DNA of 62,517 nucleotides, the filler included, from Sphacelaria rigidula (Eukaryota): NCBI GenBank assembly GCA_964200075.2. It is 10 parts of 10 records of this genome, joined end to end, with 100 filler letters (N's around TTAATTAATTAA, not from the genome) between each part and the next. Parts side by side here need not be neighbours in the genome. Positions count along the whole stretch, not along the records: positions 37,573 to 43,734 come from CAXNAA020021844.1; positions 43,835 to 49,995 come from CAXNAA020021845.1; positions 50,096 to 56,256 come from CAXNAA020021846.1; 7 more parts are not named here. One strand, given 5' to 3'. The notes below the pieces were generated by a model. That model worked only from the letters and a program-made list of their open reading frames with translations. It did no database searches and had not been told where the DNA came from. The position numbers were made by a program, and so were the translations under genes. Below are positions 39,113 to 51,132 of the stretch, piece after piece. Within the stretch, counting starts at the first letter, position 1. Each line of letters starts with the position of its first letter.

Positions 39113-40299
39113 GTAGGTCAGGGACGGCGTCTAATACTCTACCCAATGTTTGGGTGCATCGGGTACGACCTCAAATACTCTACCCAAGTATTGGGTAAAA
39201 GCACTCTCAGCAACAGCTGCGGATAGAGTATCGCCGGAGTATATGGCCTCAATACTCTACCCAAACCAAAGGGAACGACATTCCTCGTCACCGCAGTACC
39301 GGATCTGTTAAAATCCGATCTAAGTGGCAAGAGCAAAAGCCACAAGCATCAACAGTAGTCCCGGAGCCTCTGAAGCACCAACTTCCTAGTCTGAAGCTCC
39401 GGTGCCGAAAAAGGATACGAAAGGAACTCCTCCACAGGGTTGGTCAAAATCAGTTGCTCACAAGCTGCTCCATCATACTGATATCAGGTTATTGTTTTAT
39501 ACCGGTATATTGAGGAGTTCCCGCATAGTGCCGTCAAGCCAGGCTGGTGTCCAACAACACAATCTGCGACTCACTGTACCTACTACATCGACAGATTCAA
39601 CATTTCAGAAGGCTGAGAACAAATGGAAATGAGTGAACTGTCGAGGGCGATCATGATGTGTTCCAGCGTTCTGGGTCGGGTCTTCAAATTCAAAACGGCG
39701 TTCACAACACTTTTTTTTTGCTATCTTTTGTCAGAATCTATTTTACTTTATCAACCATGTTGAAATTTCTACAACAGATGTGAATATGACCGGTAGCAAC
39801 TGTAGTGGGTGAACAAATATCACACGCTTCACTTGCCGCGCGATACAGGGCACAGGTTTGGCAACTCTTTTTCGCTTTTCTGTACCCCCCCCCCTCCTCC
39901 CGTACGTGAAATGTCTTGGTACATTGCATCGTAGTGAGGAATGATCGCCGTACTAGACGATATATGGTGGCCACGGACGGCGGAGGAGGAAGATGATGAG
40001 AGAAGTACAAGGTTCTTGAGTGTACAGAACAGCGTACTGAGCGCCAGGATGTTGGAGGTGTCTTCATCAGGAGTACAAACGGTGCTCCGCGTCAAAAAGG
40101 ATGCGTGATTGATGGTAATATGACTAGGGCCATCATCAGGAGTAGTAATGGTGCCCCGTGTCGAAAGGGATGCGTGGTTAATGGTCACATGACTGGGGCA
40201 AGCAACAAATGAGTACGCCGACTCCCCCCTCTTCTTTATTGACGTTTATATCCCACGTTCACGTATGACTATGAGTACTAGAAAATTGCATCTTCACAC

Positions 40300-40452
40300 T
40301 CGCTCTTCAAAGGACGTGTTGAGCGTCATCAGGGTGCGTTCTAGCAATTTTTTCCATGGCTCCAGAATGTTTTTCATCGCCTCTTCGGCATTCGCATTGC
40401 AAGCCTGCAGCTCCGCCAGCTCTGCTCCGACCTGAGCCACCGATTGCTTGAG
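40300..40452 (-). CDS. Coiled-coil exon resembling the SMC5 segment before the C-terminal ATPase head
   Basis: CCGCAG acceptor; LKQSVAQVGAELAELQACNANAEEAMKNILEPWKKLLERTLMTLNTSFEE, with a W-x3-L-x6-(L/I)N-xSF pattern recalled from SMC5. Donor position uncertain. Confidence 0.5.
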
Positions 40453-40667
40453 CTGCGGAGGACACAGTCCCGCGTAACGGCACAAGCACATGAACACAGG
40501 AAAAACCACGCATACAAGACAGAACATCATCCATGGCAGGAACGCAACGAAGAGGCGAGCGTTGCTTCACTCGGATGACTTGAATAATCGGTCGATTTAT
40601 TGATCGCCGCAAATCAACTGATCCGCTGCGGACTTAATCAGTCGTGTGGTCGAAGGTCATAAGATAG

Positions 40668-41126
40668 CACGGTTAGGACGAATCAAATCGTGATTCAACT
40701 CATGTTTATCATTTCAACGAATAAAGCATACGATTCGTACATCATTTGTAATTTATACAGGTTTTGAGCCATCAAGTCCTGCAGTACACTGTCAACGGTA
40801 CCTGTTTCCTACCTTCCGTTCACACGCAGTAAATCATGGGCACATGTTCATCCCCTGTGAAGAAATGCGGAATTAATCGATTGTATATGCCACCCACACT
40901 TACCATGAGGCGTGAATGACATGTACACCTATGCCATGCGTATGACTCGTGCGGGACGAAGAGTCGGCACATCGTTGAATCCTCTCATTGCATGGGCCTT
41001 CCGTCAGGCGCAAGTTTCTCCCTATCTGTTATGTCCACCGTCGGGTTCATGCCGAACAAATAGTCGGCATATGGTTAAATCCTGTCATTTCATGACTCAT
41101 ATGAACTCTGATTCATCCTAACCGTG
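40668..41126. mobile_element. MITE family B, copy 2 (opposite orientation to 11709-12210)
   Basis: CACGGTTAGGACGAATCA / TGATTCATCCTAACCGTG; internal sequence is the reverse complement of much of copy 1. Confidence 0.85.
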
Positions 41127-43734
41127 CAGGATAACACACCCTGGACCATGACAATAAACGTTGGCGAGGGTACTGCGTAGAGTATCGCATCCAATGATTA
41201 TTGCTATAGACGATAGATTCGATACTGTATGTTTCCAGTACACTTCTTGCCAATGTGATGTATTGTCATTATCCAAAGCGTGTCGAGAGAGACGTACCGG
41301 AGATAAATTAACGGAAGCAGTTGCCCAAAAGAATATATACAAGAGGGCGGGGGGGGAGGGGAGGGGGGGGTGAAAAGATTATACGGAGAAAATGACGAAA
41401 CAAAACAGAGTAAACGGGTGAAAAAAATACGAAGCATCGTCCAGGGAAAACGGCACATCATCCAGAATCTAATAAAAAGGCATTGTGGAGAACCTGCAGC
41501 GTCTCCATGAAGATGCCAGCACATTTCTCACCGTTCGAGACGCCTCTGCTGCTCTGTCTGACAGACACTACTGAAAAAACGTGAACAAAACGTTTTCCGC
41601 TGAGGTTCAAGAATTAACACGTGAAACACTGGAGACACCTCGGTATGTGCTGAAACAACGGTTTACTTTGAAAGAAGAAAATATTGAACATGAAGATATC
41701 GCGAACTGACTCATTTCTAAACTGTTTTACTACTTCACGGCCGATATTCTCTCGAGAGTGATACTTTTAAACCTCACGCGCCTTTTTTTCTCGCCTCTGA
41801 AATCAACGCATTTGGAGAATCGGTATTTTCGGAACATTTTTTCCTCCAAAAGTCGAAATATCGACACATCTTCGTTTGAGACTCAAAACTTCAAAGGGAA
41901 CCCTGTTTTAGACCTTTGTTTTGTAACTGCACACACGTGTGTAAAATTTCAGTTCGAAACTCGTCGAAACCACAGAGGAAAAATGGAAGACACGGAAAAT
42001 CCGAATTTCTGACCTTTTTCCTGCTGTTTTCTTCTCTCACCACTACTCTGTCTTTTCAACATTTCTGTTTCCATTTTGTCTTTAACTCAAATAATTTTAC
42101 CGTGTGACCACGATTAGATCCCTGGGCGATCAGTTGAAAGTACGACATTCAACCACTCATATCAATCTGATATGTAGAATTGAAGCCCTTCCGGTCCACA
42201 ACGTCAGTTGATCATTATGGGAAAATTCGCAGTCACCTGAGCATTTGAAATGCCAACAACATAGCACTGGCTCGAACTTTTGTGTTCGCCTTTCAAACCT
42301 ATTTATTTATGGAATTATTGCTTTCGGAACAGTTTTCTCTTCCCCCCCGAAACACATCCAAATATCTCGATCCTATGACAGTTTTAAAAAAAATAACCTA
42401 TGGTTGTGACGCTCCCACTGTGCCTGTCTATATACTTGTGTGTAATCTTTTAGATTGTAACTCGTAAAAACATCAGAGAGAAAATGTAAGACGCGAAAAA
42501 AACAAAACCCAATTTCTATGAAAAAGACGTATTGCTTTTTCCCGTGTACAAGGCCAGCTGAACATAACATGAAGAATTGCAGTTATCGCCTCACACGAAA
42601 TATCAATATCATATCACTTGCTCCTATTTCTGTTTAGCTCTGAAAAGAAATGCGAAAATATATACTATTCTTATTCATTATGTTTGTCCGCATTCCGCGT
42701 CTCTGGACGCAGGTGCAACAATCACGGGGCTTGAGAGCGCATCATTCCTCCGAAGTCCGACGCACCAGCGTTCAGTATTTGATTCTTCCGTTTCTCTGTG
42801 ATCAACAGCGTCTCCTGCTTTTTCTTGGAAATTTGCGCTTTCGTCGATTTATTCATTGAGAATTTCACAATTTTTCGCGACTTCGCCACCACTGACTACT
42901 CTACCCCTCTGTAGGAATTTCACAATTTTTCGGTCACTCCGACCATTGACAGCTACCTCTCTCGGATTATCATACTTTTTTCTCTTGCCGCTTCGGCACC
43001 ACCTCACAAGTGACTTCGCCAGCCGTTTGCGCGAAGTTTACTCTGTAACCAGTGACGTTTCCAGCCGTTTGACCTCCTTTCGCGCCCAGTGACGCTCCCG
43101 GCCCTTTGACCCCCGCTTCGCAAAAAATAATTATTTCGTTTCTCTGTGAACACCACAGGTTTTTCTTCCGTTTCCTTTCTACGGACTTGAAAGTGATTTT
43201 TTCGTTTTGCCATCAGCCCATTTCGAGTCTCCTTCCCGTCCGTCCGCCTCTCTCTCGCTGTTGGCGACCTCTCTACTTCTCCACCACAACCCAACAACAC
43301 CAACTTGCCTCCTTTCTGCAGCAGTTTTTTTTGTTGGAGCTCACCGCGTGCCGCGCCCGGCGCGAAGGTGCCCCGTACACCCTAGGGTAGTGTATATAGA
43401 TACATTTCGCTATGGCTGCGACCTTCTCCTCGCTGAGCGTTGCGGTGTCAGTCGCACTATCATTACGTACTTGAATATCACCGCTAGTACATATGCCTTG
43501 ACTGAGATCGCTCCGGCCGAGCGCTCAAACGCAGGCCTTGACATCTTGAAAATTATGTCGATTTCACAAATGAATTTTTTTATGCCGTCAGCAAATGGAG
43601 ACCTGCGGCGGTCCAAGGCTTTACTTTGTTATCAGCCCCTTTCTTCACAATATCCGCGTCTTCTATTGGCTGACCCAACTGCACTTCAACACTAACCCAG
43701 TCGTATCCCGAGAAAGGCAGACCTCGAACACTCG

Positions 43735-43834
43735 NNNNNNNNNNNNNNNNNNNNNNNNNNNNNNNNNNNNNNNNNNNNTTAATTAATTAANNNNNNNNNN
43801 NNNNNNNNNNNNNNNNNNNNNNNNNNNNNNNNNN
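43735..43834. other. Artificial contig linker 7
   Basis: Same 100-nt structure. Confidence 0.98.
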
Positions 43835-44955
43835 GTGATATATCAAGAGATATGTTCACACATGATCGGCACCAAATCACAGTTGTCTGGATTTTTTGCT
43901 GTGAGTAGTCAAGAGAATGACTGACTACTTATGTAATTTAATTCAGTGCGTTTTTTTTAATTCAATGTAGAGGTTACCCTATGGGCGCGGAGCCGGGTGA
44001 TGCATGAGATGAGCATGAGAGCTGCTCTGTTGCCATAAGCCATTCTCCAGCATAGTGCCGCGATCCTCTACATCGAGTTCGCATTCATGGCTCGCGTTAG
44101 ATATATCGTTTTGGCACTGGCTTCTATTGGCTCCGTGCCAAGTTCAACGACAAGTGCTGTGGTTGCCGCTGTCACTGCTCGTCGTTACGATGGTCCTACT
44201 GCATACATCACACCAGCGGCGGCTCCTTCGAGGTCAGGTTGTCCCATATGCGCGTTTCACACCGGTCGTCCTAGTTGGTGCATTGGTACATAATTCCGTG
44301 TAATATGTCGTCTTCTTCAAAGTTCAATTCGCTGGTTTTCCCCGTCTTGACAGTGTAAAGGGGTTATCCCGCAACGGTGAATGATTCACAGCATGTGTAA
44401 TGAGAGCCTAGGACCTGCTGGAAACAATGCATGCGTATGCTGCGTCGCGGGACACGATCGAATCGCTGCCGAGAATGCCCGAACATAGCCACCTGGAAGG
44501 ACCACTCATCTACGAGCCCGTCATGTGAAGGTATCCTCAAAGTGGTAGTGTGTCCTCAATGCAACAACATGCTTGCACAGGCAGATATCACAGCATTAGA
44601 CCCACTTTTATAGCATGCACGAATCTCGATTTTTTCAAAATCGGGGGGACGAAGAATCGGGTAACGCACTTTATGGACACGGATTGGACAAAATCGGGGG
44701 CGAAAAAATCGGGGGAAAACGTTTCAAGATCGGGACTTCCCCCGATTTTTTTGAGGTGACGTACGTGCATTGACGTATATTGCTAGAGTACGAGGCGTTT
44801 GATATTTTTTGCAACGGCTGCAGAAGACAGTCTCGTGACTCGTGACAGCACAGGGCGTGCGCACTGCTGCCCCCAGCTGCTGAAGCAACTTCGCACGTGG
44901 TTTGACAAGCGGATAATAAGTGCTGACGCCATACCCTACGGCGATAGTAACATTT

Positions 44956-46155
44956 CAAGGGTAGGTAGAGTAGAGTATACTCAATACTCAGTATTTCGGA
45001 AGAGTCATACTTTTAGTACTCGAAGTTTGAGTAGAGCATTGAGGTCATACTCAAGCGATACTCTATACTCAAGTATTAGTGAGAGTGCTTACTCAATATT
45101 TGAGTAGAGTATTTGAGGTCGTACTCGATCTACTCAAAATTTGAGTAGAGTTTTGGAGGCCGTACTCAACGTACTTAAAATTTGAGTAGAGTATTTGAGA
45201 TCATACTCGATCTACTCAAAAATTGACTAGAGAATTTGAGGCCGTACTCCTCGTCCTCAAAATTTGAGTAGGGTATGTGCGGCCGTACTCAAACAACTCA
45301 AAACTTGAGTAGAGTATCGGAGGCCGGATCCGATGTACCAAAACCTATAACTTCAACATCTTCCTTCCTCTGGCGACGACTGTTGCGATGTTTTCCCGTC
45401 TTGCACTGTTTCCACCGCTGACTCTTCTCATGGAGGAGTCACATATGTGGTCAGTAGAGTTGCTCATTTTGATAATACCTACTCGACTACTCGTCTATTC
45501 GATTACTCCATAATGATGAGTAGCGCTCTGTACTGAAAGTAATATCGAAGGCGTTGCGAGGTATCGAGTATGAACTGCCGTGGGTGGGGGCTGGGGAGGT
45601 GGAGCGCTGGGGCCGGTAGGTTCATTCACCTGCACGCTTTTCTTAATTTTTTTATGGCCATCGTTCGCCCATGCATTCAACATAGTGTATAAAGTGACGT
45701 CACGAAGTCGCCGACGGTCAGGGGTACTCTTTACTCAAGTATTCCTAAGAGTGCTTACTCATTATTGGAGTAGAGTATTTGAGGTCGTACTCGATCTACT
45801 CAAAATTTGAGCAGAGTATTTGAGATCACACTCAACGTACTCAAAATTTGAGCAGAGTATTTGAGATCATACTCAACGTACTCAAAATTTGAGTAGAGTT
45901 TTGAGGTCATACTCAAGTGATAATCTATACTCAAGTATTGCTGAGAGTGCTTACTCAAAATTTAAGTAGAGTATGTGAGGTCGTACTCGACGTGCTCAAA
46001 ATTTGAGTAGAGTACTTGAGGCCATACTCGACCTACTCATAATTTGAGTTGAGTATTTGAGGCCGTACTCGACCTATTCAAACGTCGAGTAGAGTAAATA
46101 CCTGAGTATTTTACTCGAGTACTCAAAAGTACATACTCTACTTGACCTATCCTTA
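44956..46155. mobile_element. Non-autonomous TIR element with 41-bp tandem arrays and perfect 8-bp TSD
   Basis: Ends CAAGGGTAGGT / ACCTATCCTTA; TSD TAACATTT (44948-44955 / 46156-46163); TACTCAAAATTTGAGTA unit at 45131, 45172, 45213, 45254, 45295 and again at about 45760-46100. Confidence 0.88.
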
Positions 46156-46164
46156 TAACATTTT

Positions 46165-46420
46165 CAAGGGTCGGACAAATAATGATTCGTCTGTAAATTA
46201 CTTGATTTTAGTATAATGAGTCGACTCGTGACAAATCACTCCCTAGGTCATATTTCAGCGTTGCAACCCAGGTACACGCAGCCCAGACATATGGAATGGC
46301 GCAAAAGTTGCGTGGATACCCGTTGGACCAGCGATTAGTTTTTTTCTCCCTTTTGGCTAATCAGGCCGAAGAAATCGTAAATTTGGTGATTTTGAGTCGT
46401 GATGATTTGTCCTTATCGTG
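46165..46420. mobile_element. MITE family A, copy 3
   Basis: CAAGGGTCGGACAAAT ... ATTTGTCCTTATCGTG; TSD AACATTTT/AATATTTT. Confidence 0.85.
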
Positions 46421-46571
46421 AATATTTTATACTGCGCTACGCTGCCATATGTATCACTATAACGAACGCTACTGTACTCTCCTAGCTGTCGTCGCTATGT
46501 TTGAGGGGTGATGTGCGGCACTACACTATTGAACTCTGCTCGCGCACTGTTTGTTCTCTGTTCTCGCGATA

Positions 46572-49017
46572 CAGTGCCGGCCCGCACTTAAGAGTATGGC
46601 AGTGAAGAATTTGATGCTAAAAAAAAAGAGTTAGGAATTTGCCTCTAAGAACACGTGCTCAGATTGAATGTACTGTCAAGAACAAGAACACACACTTGAG
46701 GCGTACCACTGATGCTACAGATAAGAACAAGCGTAACGTGGCGGCTGCGAGATAAGAACATTTGCAGGGGGAGGGAGCGAGGGATGGGCGATCCCAGTGT
46801 TGGATTCGGGAGGGGGCTGGGTGTGTTGAGTGGGTACATCGGCCGGCGTATTTCTACCCCCACGGGCAAATTCCCTGAACGTACACCCAAACTAGAACCA
46901 GTTCCGGAGCATGTTTGAGCAGACCCGCCGGTCCGACTAACACATTTTTGAAAGCACCCCCGGACAAGGGAGCCCACACACGATTCACGCACGGCACATG
47001 GTACGACACACACACGATCAGCACCATAGCCCACACACACGGATAGCACCATAGCCCTCACACACATGTAGAGACGAACTGCCATCAGCTATTGGCAAAA
47101 GAGCAGCAGCCGTTCACATCATCACATATACGCTTAGCAGGCAGCCGACCGAGCTACTTTTGTACATGGTCAATACAGACAGGAGAGTACGATAGTCATG
47201 CAAGCTGCGGCAGTACAATAATCTTGTATTTACTGTAGCGTGTGTTGCACGGACCCTGGGCGCTACTAACTGTACTGTCTACATAGATGTTGCGCTGGTG
47301 CCGTCGTCATATGATACGCAAACCAATAATATATAAGACACAGTCGGACAGTGAGTGTGACTAGAGGTGAGCACCTGGAAAAAAAACCCGGTTATAACCG
47401 GTTTTTGGAAACCCCAAAAGGCGTTAACCGGTTACGGTTATGAAAAAAAAACGAAGTTTCTTTTCGCCGGTTAAACCGGTTCACCGGGGAACCTGTTTAA
47501 CCGGCAAAAGGAGGCGTTATCGTGCCGGTTAAACCGTTTTTTCCGGTGAAGCGGTTTAGCCAGTTCAATCGCGAATTTTGAAATTGGTGCTCGTAGCTCA
47601 TTACGAAAGCGTGACATACGACACGTCACACGCTACACGTCACCCTTACAACTTACACATAGAGTCAGCTCGCAGAGACCACAATACTGCGGAGGTGGCA
47701 AACACACTTGCATACTCAAGACTGCCGCGAGGGTTGTTTTGGGGGTATTATCGCGTACTACCCTTCGATAGAGCTCTAAAGTGCTAGCGTCGGTAAATTT
47801 TGGCGAAATGAGCAGGTAACCCTGAAAAAAACAGTGCCCAAGTAGTGTTACGTAGTGTTATCGGGCGGTAGGAGCAGATACCCCGTTTATAAGGAGGGTA
47901 TTACTGACCGTTAAACACAGTTATTCGGCTCTGGTGCAGTGAATAGGTGGAAATCCCAAAAAATAATCCTGTACATTTCTTTACAACAACGATCGGGACA
48001 GGCTCGATCGACATAAAATTCTAAAGAGTCAGAATCTGTGCTGAAAAATTGCAGGACATCCGATGACCGGTCAGCCCCTTAGTCACCCAATGTTGAGTAC
48101 AGATGGTTTTCGTTTTCATTGAACGTGGAGCGGATATAAGTATCTTCAAATCCCCAATGTGATGGGCGGTGACAAGCGGAAGAGCCTGAGAAAATCGCCG
48201 ATGACGAAGAAATTTGAAAAAGAACGGTTCAGGTTCCCACTACTATCGACTACTTCGGACTATAGTTTTTATTTTCTACTTTTGACACCCTGTGTTTCCT
48301 CCGTTACCGGCAATGGGTGTGTTCGAGAGTATCCATCATCGACCACACACATAACATACGACAACAACACCGAATTCACCTGCGTTCCAATGATTTGGAG
48401 GCCTTTTCCCTTGCTTATCCGGTTAAACCGATTTTCCGGTGAACCGGGTAAACCGGCTGAAAAAAACCCGGTTTAACCGGTTTTTTGTTTTTCAAAATAA
48501 TGCCTCCTTATCCGGTAACCGGTTTTTCGATTTTCTTATCCGGTGCTCACCTCCAAGGGTGACTTATCCTACCTGGATGGTGTAGGTTGTAGCTTCTCAC
48601 TCGGTGAAAGGGTACGGAGTGTGCGGAGCCGCGACGTGGAGTTAAACAGGACGGACTTGGCAAGTCGGTTTGGGTTGAGGTACAGGATGACGGAGTAGGG
48701 GATGCGCCCACAAGGAAGCATCCCGACACGGGAGAATGACGCTCCCAGACCAAAAATTGGATTGGATGATGACAGTCCCAGGGTGACAGACCCGGGAAGA
48801 CGGTCCGGGTTGACCAGTAAGCGGGTCGGGTCATACAGAGGTCATAATATCAAATAGAGCAATCGGTGTTGAAATAAGAACAAGAACCCCATTTCAGGAG
48901 GAAAAGTGGACGACGAAATAAGAACTTGGCAAATAAGAACTGGTGCTACGGTTGGAGCAGCCAACAAGAACTGAGCCTCGCTCAAAATAGGAGGTTCTTA
49001 AGTGCGGGCCGGCACTG
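46572..49017. mobile_element. Non-autonomous Tc1/mariner element
   Basis: Perfect 22-bp TIR CAGTGCCGGCCCGCACTTAAGA; TA on both sides (46570-46571, 49018-49019); no transposase ORF seen. Confidence 0.9.
47362..48555. mobile_element. Non-autonomous hAT element nested in the Tc1/mariner element
   Basis: TIR TAGAGGTGAGCACC / GGTGCTCACCTCCA; 8-bp TSD AGTGTGAC/AGGGTGAC; dense AACCGG/CCGGTT subterminal motifs. Confidence 0.88.
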
Positions 49018-49995
49018 TACCGACCGTGCCATCATGTACCACCACAAGGCATTACCATGTACTGTACAGATGAAGTGTCCTATACTGTATTACCCTAGGG
49101 TATGAAGGTACGACACTNNNNNNNNNNCGTTTACCGCCTGCCTGCTCTTCGGCTTCATGCACGAGTACGCAGTACCACACTCATGCAAAAAATGGCCGTC
49201 TGTGTACAGAACCGTTTCACAAATCGGTGATACTGTACCGTCTTGCCATAAAACGGTCCCCCCGATTTTGAGTTCACGAATTTGAGTCCCCCCCGATTTT
49301 TTCGAAATCGGGATCCCAAAAAATCGAGATTCGTTTGCCATTAAAGTGGGTCTCAGACATAAAAATACTCGTGCAATGAGAATTGTTCCAAATTAGACTT
49401 CAACATCAACACGATTATTCCAACCGTAGCGTAGTGGTTGGGGACGGAGTGTGTACGAGTTCTTGTAGTACGAGGGTATGTTCAGTCTCGGTTCTCCCGA
49501 GAAGCCAAGTACCTTTGCAGTCCTGACGGGTTCCGTTCAAAGAAGACATTTGTGGTGTAAGGCTACTTCTTAGGCCGTTTCTTCCGGTTCGTTTTTTCCC
49601 CTCGTCTTGTGCAACAAATTTTGAAGAAAAAATCAGGGAGGGATACGTGACACGTGACTTTTTAAAGTGACACATTCGAAAACACGTAACTTTGGGTCAT
49701 TTNNNNNNNNNNCATTTAACGCTACGTAAGATTTGATTTTGTGGATGGGACATGCGTAACGTAACGTGATGTAACATGCGGTCCTTCGCATGAACATTAA
49801 CATTGCGTTTTACTTTCCAAATGTGACGAAATGTCTGCTTGTTTTTGTGAATATGTCACGTGTCACGTTAAAAGTTCACAAAAACAGCCTTTTTTTTACA
49901 CTGGAAAAACACCAAGAGATACTGCTTCAAGGTCCACATGTTGCATCACGTTACGTTGCATTTGTCCCGTCCAAAAAATCAAACCTTGCGTAGCG

Positions 49996-50095
49996 NNNNN
50001 NNNNNNNNNNNNNNNNNNNNNNNNNNNNNNNNNNNNNNNTTAATTAATTAANNNNNNNNNNNNNNNNNNNNNNNNNNNNNNNNNNNNNNNNNNNN
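49996..50095. other. Artificial contig linker 8
   Basis: Same 100-nt structure. Confidence 0.98.
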
Positions 50096-50728
50096 ATATC
50101 TAGAATCTACACCGACATGCAACTCAAAGTTACATGCAACACCTCTGTGAACTCGGTAGAATTTCTAGACATCGTGATCCACAAAGGCACTCGCTGGTTG
50201 ACAGAGGGGAAATTCGACCTCTGTACCCACCAGAAAAAACTGAACCTGTATGGATACATGCCGTTCCGCTCTGCCCACCCAATCCACACAAAAAGAGGAT
50301 TTATCACGGGAGAACTGTTACGGTACATTGCAACTAACACGGATGAACGTAAGTTTAAGCAACTCCGGAAAAGATTTTATTTTCGGTTACTTGCCCGAGG
50401 ATATCCCCACACGTTCCTGCTCCCAATTTTCGCAAGAACAAGATACTCGGAACGCTCCAACAGATTGTTTAAAAAACGTGAATCCAAACCGGTGAACAGT
50501 GTCATCTTCTCACCTGAGTTTCACCCCATCTGGGAGCAACCTCTTGCCAAATCACAACTACTAGAAGCACTATGCGATCAACCCCCACAGGTACAACACA
50601 TAGTCGGCAACATCCACAAACCCCTTATTGCCTTAAAAAAAACCCAAACTTTAGGCAATATTTTAGTCAGGGCAGCCTATAAACCGAAGATACTCAACGC
50701 AGGACAGGATGTGACGATACAGCCCTAA
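50096..50728 (+). mobile_element. Penelope-like element: C-terminal RT/thumb region, no C-terminal GIY-YIG
   Basis: VEFLDI...HQKKLNLYGYMPFRSAHPIHTKRGFITGELLRY...FYFRLLARGYP...TLGNILVRA are PLE thumb and linker signatures. Stop follows 17 aa after LVRA; 5' part cut by the contig start. Confidence 0.85.
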
Positions 50729-51132
50729 AAAGCTTCACAGCACATAGCAACAATCAAAGTTGTCCCGCGATCATATTGAGTACAGTAGGTCAACAGGCAA
50801 AGAAATCTCCCCGGCACAAGTACCGGGTTAAGATCTCACGCCAGTATTCACTCTGAGAGTTGATTACAACTGACACACCAGAGTATACGATCTCCTCTGA
50901 ATAAGAACAAAATCCCAAGCACAACAATAATAAAAATGGCTCACAGCCAAAATATTATTCGTGCAATTCACCCATTTTTCCCGAGAAAATGGGAACATTT
51001 AGTCCCTTAATAAATGGCCGTCATCCCAGATGTATTTTAATTTTTTCATTTAAACAAAAAAGCAGGCTTGACGACCACACACGCCAGTTGGATTCACTTC
51101 TAAAGCTGGTTTTCTACTGAGGGAGACGCGTT

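Larger units (their letters stand above)
44599..49352. mobile_element. Outer TIR element (PIF/Harbinger-like) hosting four nested insertions
   Basis: GACCCACTTTTATAGCATGCACGAATCTCGATTTTTT versus AAAAAATCGAGATTCGTTTGCCATTAAAGTGGGTC; AAAATCGGGGG subterminal repeats at both ends; flanks TTA/TCA. Confidence 0.7.

Noticed and set aside
41566..43392. CACTA element (CACTAC at 41566, GTAGTG near 43387-43392)
   Set aside because: Only 6 bp of terminal complementarity and no matching 3-bp TSD
45085..46100. Regularly spaced palindromic repeats resembling a CRISPR array
   Set aside because: The intervening sequences are themselves near-identical (41-bp tandem unit), the array lies inside a TIR/TSD-bounded element, and there are no cas genes
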